Below are positions 1 through 9,221 of a stretch of 32,698 nucleotides of DNA, in pieces. A program made the translations under genes and the position numbers. Within the stretch, counting starts at the first letter, position 1; the number at the start of each line of letters is the position of its first letter. The stretch covers positions 1 to 32,698 of the forward strand of contig JBAVPP010000402.1 of NCBI GenBank assembly GCA_049693175.1, given 5' to 3'. Source of the stretch: Gallionella sp. (GTDB lineage: Bacteria; Pseudomonadota; Gammaproteobacteria; Burkholderiales; Gallionellaceae). Below the pieces are notes generated by a model. The model saw only the letters and a list, made by a program, of their open reading frames with translations. It was not told the DNA's origin and did no database searches.

Positions 1-36
1 GCGCTGGTGGCGTTGGCGCGCATCACTCCACCCTAA
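1..36 (+). CDS. 3' end of a gene truncated by the window edge (ALVALARITPP*), product unknown
   Basis: Frame 1 is open from base 1 to TAA at 34-36 and is followed by a terminator-like hairpin; too short to identify. Confidence 0.4.
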   Translation, partial: ALVALARITPP

Positions 37-49
37 AAATATACAAACG

Positions 50-78
50 AAAAAGGGGCGGCATTCAGCCACCCCTTT
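50..78. terminator. Intrinsic terminator, probably bidirectional
   Basis: aaaaaggggcggc-attca-gccaccccttt: GC-rich stem with A/T tracts on both sides, between convergent ORFs. Confidence 0.75.
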
Positions 79-105
79 GTTATTAAGTCCTCCGACTCTA
101 TGGAT

Positions 106-192
106 TTATTTTTTATCTCTCCATTTACCGTCGTCCATGATCATTACCAAACCGGTTACCAGTAATACTCCGATAAAGAACCACAATATCAT
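106..192 (-). CDS. Small single-pass membrane protein, 28 aa (MILWFFIGVLLVTGLVMIMDDGKWRDKK); not in the ORF track
   Basis: Manually translated ATG(192) to TAA(106); strong SD GAGGAG 8 nt upstream; ~19 hydrophobic residues then a charged tail; own promoter and terminator. Confidence 0.7.
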   Translation of the reverse strand: MILWFFIGVLLVTGLVMIMDDGKWRDKK

Positions 193-255
193 TTCAACTC
201 TCCTCTTAAAGTTAAAAATATGCGACAGCAACAATGCCCTTGAAAAAGGCAGGGC

Positions 256-283
256 ATTGTAAACCATTTTGACAGTGTGTCTA
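256..283 (-). promoter_or_regulatory. sigma70-type promoter for the 28-aa ORF; the -10 overlaps a perfect 10-bp inverted repeat (231-260)
   Basis: Minus strand reads TAGACA-N16-TACAAT; ACAATGCCCT-N10-AGGGCATTGT at 231-260. Confidence 0.55.
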
Positions 284-364
284 TTTGTCGAGTTTTTCAG
301 TCAGAAATAAATGATTTTGATTCCATTCGGCAGCGGATGATATTGCTGGATTTTTCCTGCGATG

Positions 365-853
365 TTAAGACTGCCGCTTCAACGATAACGTCAGTTTGAA
401 AGTGGCGACCGGAACATCACTTTTTTCCGGCACGATGGCGATGGCTGACACGGGCATTTCGACGCGTTCACCCGTGCTTGCGGCTTGCGCAATGAGTTGT
501 GCAATTTCTTTTCCTTGTGCGCAAATGAAGTCCACATCGCCGTCGGCACGCTGGTGAAATTCCGCGTGGAAATCTTTGAAGATCAGTGAAATGCTTTGCT
601 GTTTTATCAAATGCATGGCGAGCAAGCCAACCGCACAATCCGCGCCCACACCCAGCGCGCCGAAGTACATAGTTCCCCAGTGATTTTTGGTGCGTCGCCG
701 CAGCGGAATTCTGACCACGATGCGCTCGCTGGAAATTTCCCTGACCGACGGTCTGGCGAAAAACAGCATGGGGATTTTCGTCCACCCAAAATAACGCAAG
801 GCCAGTGTCGCACGCGCATTTTTGGACAGCAGCTTTTGCAGAATTTTTTTGAT
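365..853 (-). CDS. DUF4442 / PaaI-like hotdog-fold (thioesterase-like) protein
   Basis: RRTKNHWGTMYFGAL..GAD and IFKDFHAEFHQRADGDVDF motifs. The ORF track starts at TTG 799, but the frame is open to an ATC at 853 that lies 7 nt after AGGAG. Confidence 0.75.
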   Translation of the reverse strand: MKKILQKLLSKNARATLALRYFGWTKIPMLFFARPSVREISSERIVVRIPLRRRTKNHWGTMYFGALGVGADCAVGLLAMHLIKQQSISLIFKDFHAEFHQRADGDVDFICAQGKEIAQLIAQAASTGERVEMPVSAIAIVPEKSDVPVATFKLTLSLKRQS

Positions 854-863
854 GGAAAATCTC

Positions 864-3542
864 CTATAAAGGCTTGCTGACTTTCATAATCGCATGGTCT
901 TCTTCGCTGGCACGCATGGTAAAACCAAGACGATTCATCAGCTTCAACATGTTGTGATTATTGTTCAGCACTTCGCCTTCAATGACCTTCAAACCCTTGT
1001 CGCGCGCGGCTTCCATCAGGGAGTTCATCAGCTTTTGCCCCAAGCCTTTGCCGGTGAAATGGTCGGCGACCACCAGCGCGAATTCGCATGTCTCGCCATC
1101 GGGATTGATGGCGTATCGCGCCACGCCCAAGTCTATTTCCACACCCTGCTCTTCGGTCACCGCGATCAATGCCAACTCGCGGCTATAGTCAATTTGCGTG
1201 AAGCGCACCAGCATGGTTTCGGACAGTTCCTGCAAACTATTCATATAGCGAAAATATTTGGACTCGTCCGATAAACCGCGCACAAATTTTTGCACCGGCT
1301 CGGCATCTTCCGGGCGTATCGGGCGTATGGTGATGTCGGTGCCATCGGCAAGTTGCCACTGACTGACCAGCTGGGTCGGATAGGGATAAATCGCCATGTG
1401 CGCGTAACGGTCGGCACTCGGTTGGCGATACTCCAGCACCACGCGCGCATCCGCCGCCAGCGCGCCGCTCTCGTCGAGTATCAGCGGGTTGATGTCCATC
1501 TCGTTAATCAGCGGCAACTCGCAGACCATTTCCGACACGCGCAACAATATATCTTCCAACGCGTCCATGTTCGCCGCGTCCATGTTGCGAAACTTGCCCA
1601 ACATCTTGGCGATGCGCGTGCCTTGTATCAATTCTTTAACCAAAAAACTGTTCAGTGGCGGCAGCGCGACAGCCCGATCACCCATAATTTCCACGGCGAT
1701 TCCGCCCGCGCCAAACGTGATAACAGGACCAAACACCGGATCGGTGGTCACGCCTATCATCAGCTCGCGCCCATTGGGTTTGTCGACCATAGGCTGTATG
1801 GAAATGCCATCCAATTTTGCGTTGGGGCGGTTGCGCTGCACGTTGTCTATAATGTGCTGATAGGCGGCGCGAACTTCGTGCGCGTTGTTCAGATTCAGCA
1901 TCACACCGCCCGCGTCGCTTTTGTGCGTAATGTCATGCGAATTGATTTTCATCGCGACCGGAAAACCCAATTGCTGCGCAATCAACAAAGCCTCGTTGGG
2001 CGTGTGCGCGACGATAGTTTTGGCGACGGGAATATGGAATGCCGACAGTACCGCTTTGGATTCCATCTCGGTCAACACCTTGCGATGCTCCTGTATCGCG
2101 CCCTCGATAATCAGACGCGCGCTTTCCACATCCGGCTCGATATGGTGCGAGGACGGACCGGGCATTTGCATCAATAATTTTTGGTTACGATAGTAAGCGG
2201 ACAAATGTGCGAACACTTCGACCGCCGGTTCGGGTGTGCGGAAATGCGGCTTGTGCGCGGCAGCAAAAGCATGGCGCGCCTCCGACACCTGCGTCTCGCC
2301 CATCCAGCAAGTCAGCAAAGGTTTGCTGTGATTGTTCGCCAGCGCGATTAACGCCTGCGCCGACTCCAGCGGTTTGGTCATCGCCTGCGGTGTGAGTATG
2401 GCCAGCACACCGTCCACGTTGTCGTCTTCTAAACAGGCTTTGACCGCATGGTGATAACGGTCCGCCTGCGCGTCACCGATGACATCAACCGGATTGGCGT
2501 GCGGCCAATTCGAGGGCAAATGCCGGTTGAGATAGTCGATGGTCGTATCCGACAAGGTCGCCATGCTCACTCCCAAATCGGAAGCCCTATCCGCCGCCAT
2601 CACACCCGGCCCGCCGCCGTTGGTGACAATGGCGAGACGATTGCCGACCGGACGGAATCCGCACGACAACGCCTTCGCGGCGGTAAAAAGTTGCGTGATG
2701 GTTTGCACCCGCACCACACCGGCGCGACTCACTGCCGCATCGAACACATCGTCCGCGCCGACCAGCGAGGCGGTGTGCGACATCGCCGCTTTTGAGCCAG
2801 CCGCATGACGACCGACCTTGACCAAAATCACCGGCTTAATACGCGCGGCGGCACGCAACGCGCTCATAAAACTGCGCGCATGACGTATGCCTTCGATGTA
2901 CATCAAAATGCTGTGCGTGGCAGGATCGGAGACCAGATAATCGAGTATCTCGCCAAAATCCACATCGGTGGATGAACCCATAGACACCACGCTGGAAAAG
3001 CCGACATCGTTGCGCTGCGCCCAATCCAAAATCGCGGTACACAACGCGCCAGATTGCGACACGAAAGCGATGTTCCCGACATTCGCGCTACCCTTGTTAA
3101 AGGTGGCATTCAAGCCTATAGACGGACGCATGATGCCCAGACAATTCGGGCCGATGAGGCGGATGTTGTAACGGTGCGCGAGCTCGACAATTTCTTTTTC
3201 CAACGCGATGCCTGCCGCACCCGCCTCGCCGAATCCGGCGGTAATGACAACAACGGCCTTCACGCCATGCAAGCCGCACGACTCAATGATGCCGGGCACA
3301 GTTTGCGGCGGCGTGGCGATGATCGCCAAGTCTACAGTTTCACCAATCTCGCTGATGCCGGTATATGCGCGTACGCCTTGCACTTCGGCATGTTTGCTAT
3401 TGACGGGATACAGCGCGCCTTTGAAGCCGCATTCCAGCATGTTTTTGAACACAATCTGACCGACCGAATCGGTGCGATCACTCGCGCCGAATACTGCCAC
3501 GGACTGCGGCGCAAATAAGGTGTTGAGATAATGCTTGCCCAT
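864..3542 (-). CDS. pat: Bifunctional acetate-CoA ligase (ADP-forming)-like / GNAT protein lysine acetyltransferase (Pat/PatZ type)
   Basis: N-terminal CoA-binding domain (PQSVAVFGAS, IGPNCLG, SQSGA), ATP-grasp region (THKSDAGGV, EMDINPL), C-terminal GNAT (IRPIRPED, EFALVVAD..GKGLG); 892 aa. Confidence 0.92.
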   Translation of the reverse strand: MGKHYLNTLFAPQSVAVFGASDRTDSVGQIVFKNMLECGFKGALYPVNSKHAEVQGVRAYTGISEIGETVDLAIIATPPQTVPGIIESCGLHGVKAVVVITAGFGEAGAAGIALEKEIVELAHRYNIRLIGPNCLGIMRPSIGLNATFNKGSANVGNIAFVSQSGALCTAILDWAQRNDVGFSSVVSMGSSTDVDFGEILDYLVSDPATHSILMYIEGIRHARSFMSALRAAARIKPVILVKVGRHAAGSKAAMSHTASLVGADDVFDAAVSRAGVVRVQTITQLFTAAKALSCGFRPVGNRLAIVTNGGGPGVMAADRASDLGVSMATLSDTTIDYLNRHLPSNWPHANPVDVIGDAQADRYHHAVKACLEDDNVDGVLAILTPQAMTKPLESAQALIALANNHSKPLLTCWMGETQVSEARHAFAAAHKPHFRTPEPAVEVFAHLSAYYRNQKLLMQMPGPSSHHIEPDVESARLIIEGAIQEHRKVLTEMESKAVLSAFHIPVAKTIVAHTPNEALLIAQQLGFPVAMKINSHDITHKSDAGGVMLNLNNAHEVRAAYQHIIDNVQRNRPNAKLDGISIQPMVDKPNGRELMIGVTTDPVFGPVITFGAGGIAVEIMGDRAVALPPLNSFLVKELIQGTRIAKMLGKFRNMDAANMDALEDILLRVSEMVCELPLINEMDINPLILDESGALAADARVVLEYRQPSADRYAHMAIYPYPTQLVSQWQLADGTDITIRPIRPEDAEPVQKFVRGLSDESKYFRYMNSLQELSETMLVRFTQIDYSRELALIAVTEEQGVEIDLGVARYAINPDGETCEFALVVADHFTGKGLGQKLMNSLMEAARDKGLKVIEGEVLNNNHNMLKLMNRLGFTMRASEEDHAIMKVSKPL

Positions 3543-3633
3543 AATTTTCCACTCTAGGATATTTCGCTTTTGCCCAACTGCGCGTGCCGCTATGATAGCA
3601 CCGTCGTCTTACCGAATCTTTACGGAGAGCCTC

Positions 3634-4557
3634 TTGCAGACCGCCTACCTCAGTCATCCGCTGTGCCTGAAACATGAGATGGGAAGCCACCATCCCGAAT
3701 GTCCGGCGCGCATTCATGCCATCGAAGATCAACTGATCGCGTCCGGTTTAATGGATTATTTGCAACATCACGACGCGCCGGAAGTCACGCGCGAACAATT
3801 GTTGCGTGTGCATACCGCCGCGCATATCGATCATATTGCGGCGAGTTCACCGGCGCAGGGTATCGTGCACATCGACGGCGACACGGCAATGAATCCGTTT
3901 AGTTATCAGGCGGCATTGCGCGCGGCGGGCGCGGTGGTGATGGCGGTGGATTTAGTGATGACGGGCAAAGTCGAAAATGCTTTTTGCAATATTCGTCCGC
4001 CCGGTCATCACGCCGAGCGCGAGTTAGCGATGGGCTTTTGCCTGTTCAACAATATCGCGGTCGGCGCGGCGCACGCTTTGGCGCATCACGGTTTGCAACG
4101 CGTCGCGATTTTGGATTTCGATGTGCATCACGGCAACGGCACGGAGCAAATTTTTCACGATGATGAGCGCGTGATGTTGTGCTCGACTTTTCAACATCCC
4201 TTCTATCCCTATTGCGGCGCGGACAGCGGTAACGACCACATCATCAATGTGCCACTGAAGGCAGGCGCGGGTGGCACAGAATTCCGCGACGCGGTAACAC
4301 AACACTGGCTGCCCGCGCTGGAAGCATTTCAACCGCAGATGCTATTCATCTCGGCGGGTTTCGACGCGCACCGCGACGACGATATGTCCATGCTGACATT
4401 GCTTGAAGCCGACTACGCCTGGGTCACCACCGAAGCCAAACGCTTCGCCGAAAAATACGCGCAACGGCGCATCGTTTCCGCGCTGGAGGGGGGTTATGAA
4501 CTCCACGCTTTGGGGCGCAGTGCAACCGCACACATCAAGACTTTAAGCGGCTTATAA
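3634..4557 (+). CDS. Zn-dependent histone deacetylase family protein (AcuC/HDAH-like)
   Basis: HPECPAR, RPPGHHAE, GFCLFNN, DFDVHHGNGT, SAGFDAH and LEGGY motifs; likely start TTG 3634 after GGAG. Confidence 0.93.
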   Translation: MQTAYLSHPLCLKHEMGSHHPECPARIHAIEDQLIASGLMDYLQHHDAPEVTREQLLRVHTAAHIDHIAASSPAQGIVHIDGDTAMNPFSYQAALRAAGAVVMAVDLVMTGKVENAFCNIRPPGHHAERELAMGFCLFNNIAVGAAHALAHHGLQRVAILDFDVHHGNGTEQIFHDDERVMLCSTFQHPFYPYCGADSGNDHIINVPLKAGAGGTEFRDAVTQHWLPALEAFQPQMLFISAGFDAHRDDDMSMLTLLEADYAWVTTEAKRFAEKYAQRRIVSALEGGYELHALGRSATAHIKTLSGL

Positions 4558-4597
4558 GCCGAAAACCATTACTTACAAAAATATTTTTGAACCGCAG

Positions 4598-4624
4598 GGA
4601 ACTATCTCAAATAAACCGACTCTA
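4598..4624 (+). promoter_or_regulatory. ECF / sigmaE-like promoter
   Basis: GGAACT-N16-CTCTA resembles the RpoE GAAC(T)...TC(T)A consensus and lies just upstream of the structured RNA. Confidence 0.5.
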
Positions 4625-4630
4625 TGTCTG

Positions 4631-4735
4631 CGTTGGCGCAAGCTGGCGACACGTTTCTCCTCCCTGAGCGTGTAGTCTTGACCCCCCGTTAAGACATTTT
4701 GCCCCTGGTGCAGTTTTGCACAGGGGCATTTTTTT
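4631..4735 (+). ncRNA. Putative small RNA with an anti-Shine-Dalgarno loop (reminiscent of sX9 / betaproteobacterial CUCCUCC sRNAs)
   Basis: Four consecutive hairpins: cgttggc-GCAA-gctggcg; acacgtt-TCTCCTCCCTG-agcgtgt; gtcttgac-CCCCC-gttaagac; terminator stem tgcccct...aggggca followed by T7. Confidence 0.75.
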
Positions 4736-4865
4736 AACCTGATTTCGGGTATAGGTGTAGGCATGGAAATGATGATGTTTTTACCTGCTAATCGACCCGA
4801 ATTTTTTACGTTGCGTGCCTATACTGATTCACATAGGCGCACATCATCCTAAGGTGCTTAAAATC

Positions 4866-5207
4866 ATGAGTGATGAAATAAGTGAATGGGTAATTCTTGG
4901 CTTGACCGAATCGGACGAAATGTTTGACGTGCCCAATTGGCCTGAGCTACTTTGCGGGATGATGGCTCATCAAACAACCGACCATCGCTACGCGTATTCG
5001 GAATATCTGAAACCGGCACACATAGGCGGCTACCCCGCTGTCGTGGTGCTCAATCAACTGGCGAAAGATGATCCCGCAGCATTCGCCATCATCAAAAATT
5101 TCGTTGCGGAGAATCGGCTCAGGACTCGTGCGGGTCGCAGCGCGCACCGAAGTGACGACCTTCCGCTAGCGACTCAACCGGAGCGTCGTCAATATATCAA
5201 AGGCTGA
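4866..5207 (+). CDS. DUF3579-like protein
   Basis: EWVILGLT..E.F...NWPELLCGMM and a C-terminal F...NRL resemble DUF3579; ATG 4866 follows AAGG. Confidence 0.6.
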   Translation: MSDEISEWVILGLTESDEMFDVPNWPELLCGMMAHQTTDHRYAYSEYLKPAHIGGYPAVVVLNQLAKDDPAAFAIIKNFVAENRLRTRAGRSAHRSDDLPLATQPERRQYIKG

Positions 5208-5289
5208 GAACAGGTAAGCGGTTCGATTAACCGAATCTACCCGTGATGCATGGGACGCGCACGAGTAACGCCGCCACATCAGTTGTCGT

Positions 5290-6057
5290 TTAGCCGAAAC
5301 GTCCAGTGATGTAGTCTTCAGTTTCTTTGCGCTTGGGGTTGGTGAACACGGTGCTGGTCTCGCCAAATTCAACGAGGTCGCCGAGATACATATAGGCGGT
5401 GTAATCGGACACGCGCGCGGCTTGCTGCATGTTGTGGGTGACGATGACGATAGTGAAATCTTCTTTCAATTCGTCTATGAGTTTTTCAATATGCGCGGTG
5501 GAAATCGGATCCAGCGCGGAGGTTGGTTCGTCCAATAACAGCACTTCCGGCTTGACCGCGATGGCGCGGGCGATACACAAACGCTGCTGCTGACCGCCGG
5601 ATAATCCGGTGCCGCTTTGCTTGAGTTTGTCTTTGACTTCCGTCCATAGCGCGGCTTTTTTCAATGCCCATTCCACACGCGCTTCCATGTCGTGCTTGCT
5701 GAGACTTTCGTACAGCTTCACACCGAACGCGATGTTGTCGTAGATCGACATCGGAAACGGCGTGGGCTTTTGAAACACCATGCCAACCTTGGCGCGCAGC
5801 ATGTTCAAATCCTGTTTCGCATCCAACACATTCGCGCCGTCGAGCAAAATTTCGCCCGTGGCTTTTTGTTTGGGATAAAGCTGGTACATGCGATTGAAGG
5901 TGCGCAACAGCGTGGACTTTCCGCAGCCGGACGGTCCGATGAAAGAGGTGACCATCTTTTCCGCGATGTTCATATTGATGTCTTTGAGCGCGCGGTAGTT
6001 GCCGTAATAAAAATTCAAATCTTTGACGACGACTTTCGGGTTGATTTCAGCGTTCAT
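5290..6057 (-). CDS. pstB: Phosphate ABC transporter ATP-binding protein
   Basis: [47 protein letters not shown]; start at MNAEINPK. Confidence 0.97.
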   Translation of the reverse strand: MNAEINPKVVVKDLNFYYGNYRALKDINMNIAEKMVTSFIGPSGCGKSTLLRTFNRMYQLYPKQKATGEILLDGANVLDAKQDLNMLRAKVGMVFQKPTPFPMSIYDNIAFGVKLYESLSKHDMEARVEWALKKAALWTEVKDKLKQSGTGLSGGQQQRLCIARAIAVKPEVLLLDEPTSALDPISTAHIEKLIDELKEDFTIVIVTHNMQQAARVSDYTAYMYLGDLVEFGETSTVFTNPKRKETEDYITGRFG

Positions 6058-6068
6058 AGCAAACCTTG

Positions 6069-6920
6069 TTAGTGGGTAGTGGCACTTTGTCGGAACAACA
6101 CACGCGCCAGAATATTCAATGTTAAGACACTCAGCGTGATGAGCAACGCGCCCGCCCACGCCAAACGTTGCCAATCCTCATAAGGACTCATGGCAAATTG
6201 GAAAATAACCACCGGCAGATTCGCCATCGGCTGATCCATGTGGTCACTCCAGAATTGGTTGTTAAGCGCGGTAAATAACAGCGGCGCGGTCTCGCCACTG
6301 ATGCGCGCCACGGCCAGCAGTACGCCGGTGATAATGCCGGCGCGTGCCGCACGCAACGTGACGAAGTTGACGATTTTCCATTGCGGCGAACCCAAGGCGG
6401 CAGCGGCTTCACGCAAGGTGGAAGGCACGAGGCGCAGCATATTTTCGGTGGTGCGAATGACGATGGGAATGACCAATATCGCCAATGCCAGCGCGCCCGC
6501 CAAACCGGAAAAATGTTTGACGCGCATGACGTAGATTTCGTACACGAACAGACCGATCACAATGGAAGGCGCGGACAACAGAATGTCATTGATAAAGCGC
6601 GTGACCGGAGCCATCCAGCCGCGCTGGCCGAATTCCGCCAGATAGGTTCCGGCAAGAATGCCTATGGGCGTGCCGATCAGTGTGCCCATCACGGTCATCA
6701 TCAAGCTGCCGCTGATCGCATTAAGCAGACCGCCATCACTGCCCGGCGGCGGCGTCATTTGCGTAAACACCGCACTGGTGAGCGCGGGTAAACCGTGGTC
6801 GAGCAAAGTCCATAATATCCAGCACAGCCAGAACAAACCGAACGCCATCGCCAATACCGAGACGGTCAGACTCAGGATATTGACAATGCGGCGGCGTGTG
6901 TAAAGATCGAATTTTTGCAT
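6069..6920 (-). CDS. pstA: Phosphate ABC transporter permease
   Basis: [34 protein letters not shown]. Confidence 0.96.
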   Translation of the reverse strand: MQKFDLYTRRRIVNILSLTVSVLAMAFGLFWLCWILWTLLDHGLPALTSAVFTQMTPPPGSDGGLLNAISGSLMMTVMGTLIGTPIGILAGTYLAEFGQRGWMAPVTRFINDILLSAPSIVIGLFVYEIYVMRVKHFSGLAGALALAILVIPIVIRTTENMLRLVPSTLREAAAALGSPQWKIVNFVTLRAARAGIITGVLLAVARISGETAPLLFTALNNQFWSDHMDQPMANLPVVIFQFAMSPYEDWQRLAWAGALLITLSVLTLNILARVLFRQSATTH

Positions 6921-6926
6921 GATAAA

Positions 6927-7889
6927 TTAAGCGTGCGTGCCTTCGCGTTGTCCCAGTTTGTACAACATATAACGTGCGATGGACAGCACCACGAAAGTGA
7001 TGAAGAACAAAATCAAGCCGAGCTCGATAAGCGAAGAAGTATAAAGGTCGCCCACCGCTTCGGTAAATTCATTCGCCAGCGCGGACGAGATACTGTTGCC
7101 CGGCATCAGCAGCGATTTGGTCAACTCGTGCGCGTTACCGATGACGAAAGTCACCGCCATCGTTTCACCCAGCGCGCGACCCAACCCCAGCATGATGCCG
7201 CCCACCACGCCGACTTTGGTGTAAGGCAACACCACCTGCAACATCACTTCGGTGGTGGTCGCCCCCAGACCGTAAGCGGACTCTTTGAGCAAAGGCGGAA
7301 CCACATCGAACACATCGCGCATCACCGAAGTGATGAAGGGAATAACCATGATGGACAAAATGATGCTGGCGGTCAGTATGCCTATACCCATAGGAGGGCC
7401 GGAAAAAAACGGGCCGATGTAAGCCAAATGACCCAGATGTTGATTGATCCACGGCTCGACATGATCGGCAAACAGCGGCGCAAAAATGAACAGCCCCCAC
7501 ATGCCGTAAATAATACTTGGAATACCCGCCAGCAATTCTATGGCGATACCCAGCGGACGGCGCAAAATGCGCGGCGACAGTTCAGTGAGAAAAATCGCGA
7601 TACCGAAACTCACCGGTATCGCAATGAGCAACGCGATACCCGAAGTGACCAAGGTGCCAACAATGGGCACGAAAGCACCAAATTTATCATTGACCGGATC
7701 CCAGTCGGAGCTACCCAAAAATCCAAAACCAAAAGCGTGTATGGCAGGCATACTGCCGACTACCAAAGAGATAATAATCGCTGCCAATAGGGTCAGAACA
7801 CCAAACGCCGAAATACGCGTCAGCGTGCGAAACAGCAGGTCATACATCGCCTGACGTTTAAGGCGCGACTCGAGTGAAAACATCGACAT
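6927..7889 (-). CDS. pstC: Phosphate ABC transporter permease
   Basis: [40 protein letters not shown]. Confidence 0.96.
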   Translation of the reverse strand: MSMFSLESRLKRQAMYDLLFRTLTRISAFGVLTLLAAIIISLVVGSMPAIHAFGFGFLGSSDWDPVNDKFGAFVPIVGTLVTSGIALLIAIPVSFGIAIFLTELSPRILRRPLGIAIELLAGIPSIIYGMWGLFIFAPLFADHVEPWINQHLGHLAYIGPFFSGPPMGIGILTASIILSIMVIPFITSVMRDVFDVVPPLLKESAYGLGATTTEVMLQVVLPYTKVGVVGGIMLGLGRALGETMAVTFVIGNAHELTKSLLMPGNSISSALANEFTEAVGDLYTSSLIELGLILFFITFVVLSIARYMLYKLGQREGTHA

Positions 7890-7927
7890 ATTGAATCTAT
7901 CTCTGAATAAAATTCCGGGGAAAACAA

Positions 7928-7946
7928 CGGGGGCTAAGAGCCCCCG
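7928..7946 (-). other. Intercistronic hairpin after pstS (mRNA-stabilising or partial terminator)
   Basis: Perfect 8-bp stem cgggggct-aag-agcccccg between pstS and pstC. Confidence 0.55.
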
Positions 7947-7975
7947 CGATTATAACGTAGTGCAGTGTCGTTTGC

Positions 7976-9025
7976 TTACTTCCAGATTGCTTTACCGGAG
8001 GTATCTTTCATGTTTGCTTTCCATGAAGCACGAATCAGTTTCACGACGTTGTCAGGCAAGGTAACGTAGTCCAAATCAGTCGCCAACTTGTCGCCTTTTT
8101 CATACGCCCAGTCGAAGAATTTCAACACAGCGGTTGCCGACTCGGGTTTGTCTTGCGCTTTATGCATCAGGATGAAAGTCGCGCCGCTGATAGGCCATGC
8201 CGCTTTGCCGGTTTCGTCAGTCAAGATTTCGTAGAAGCCAGGAGCTTTGTCCCATTGCGCGCCAGCCGCGGCCGCTTTGAAACTTGCCTCATCAGGCTGC
8301 ACGTAATTGCCGTCGTGATTTTTCATTTGCACATGTTGCATCTTGTTTTGCAGCGCGTAAGCGTACTCCACATAACCGATAGAACCTTTGATGCGCTGAA
8401 CATAAGATGCCACGCCTTCGTTACCTTTGCCACCTGTACCGGTCTTCCAGGAAACCGCAGTGCCTTCGCCCACGTTAGCTTTCCAATCGGCACTGACTTT
8501 GGACAAATAGTTGGTGAAAATAAAGCTCGTACCCGAACCATCAGAACGATGCACCACTGTGATGAGATCATCAGACAATTTCAAATCTTTGTTCAATGCA
8601 ACAATAGCCGGGTCATTCCATTTGGTGATTTTGCCCAGATAGATGTCGGCCAAAGTTGCACCATCCAATTTCATCTTGCCCGCTTCAACGCCATTCACAT
8701 TGACAACCGGAACCACGCCACCGATCACGGTAGGGAATTGCATCAAACCTTCTTTATCCAAAGCTTCCGGTTTCAATGGCATATCGGACGCGCCAAAATC
8801 CACAGTCTTGGCAGTGATCTGCTTGATGCCGCCACCTGAACCGATAGACTGATAGTTCATGCTGCCGCCGCCCTGTGTTTTATAGGCTTCAGCCCATTTT
8901 GCATAAACAGGATACGGGAAAGTCGCGCCCGCACCGGTGATGTCGGTGGCGGAACTAACGCTGGCATAAGCCAAGGTGGATGCAGCGGCAAGGCTGATGA
9001 TCAATTGCTTCATTGTGCTGTTCAT
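7976..9025 (-). CDS. pstS: Phosphate ABC transporter substrate-binding protein
   Basis: Signal peptide, GAGATFPYP, YQSIGSGGG, DFGASD, HRSDGSGTS; ATG 9025 follows GGAG. Confidence 0.97.
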   Translation of the reverse strand: MNSTMKQLIISLAAASTLAYASVSSATDITGAGATFPYPVYAKWAEAYKTQGGGSMNYQSIGSGGGIKQITAKTVDFGASDMPLKPEALDKEGLMQFPTVIGGVVPVVNVNGVEAGKMKLDGATLADIYLGKITKWNDPAIVALNKDLKLSDDLITVVHRSDGSGTSFIFTNYLSKVSADWKANVGEGTAVSWKTGTGGKGNEGVASYVQRIKGSIGYVEYAYALQNKMQHVQMKNHDGNYVQPDEASFKAAAAGAQWDKAPGFYEILTDETGKAAWPISGATFILMHKAQDKPESATAVLKFFDWAYEKGDKLATDLDYVTLPDNVVKLIRASWKANMKDTSGKAIWK

Positions 9026-9102
9026 ATTGTCTCCAATGGATACTGTTTTGACTTGCGAAAAATTCGGTACGATCAACGATTATCTACCACGGGCTGCATG
9101 GT

Positions 9103-9131
9103 ATGTTCAGATTATGACAGGAATATTACAG
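9103..9131 (-). promoter_or_regulatory. Pho box (PhoB site) upstream of pstS
   Basis: Minus strand reads CTGTAATATTC-CTGTCATAAT-CTGAACAT, tandem CTGTCAT-like repeats at ~11-bp spacing. Confidence 0.8.
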
Positions 9132-9221
9132 GCGAGAAATTAGCCGCGCAGCTTGCGCTTCAAAAATGTTTCATTCAAAATACCAATCGTTTTAATAATT
9201 GTTTAATTATGGAAATATAAA

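Noticed and set aside
85..210. Several GGA motifs on the minus strand, one in a small hairpin (agtc-GGAG-gact), suggesting a CsrB/Rsm-like RNA
   Set aside because: Most GGAs are explained by the SD and codons, and there is no regular array of GGA-loop hairpins
77..262. 61-aa plus-strand ORF from the track
   Set aside because: It starts inside a terminator, has no SD, and is antisense to the better-supported 28-aa ORF
1290..2177. Long antisense ORFs (also 6915-7790, 8153-8839, 20098-20715, 29768-30349)
   Set aside because: Shadow frames opposite well-identified genes, with no protein motifs
4573..4764. 63-aa minus-strand ORF across the sRNA
   Set aside because: No recognisable protein features or SD; the G-U pairs and U-tract favour a plus-strand RNA
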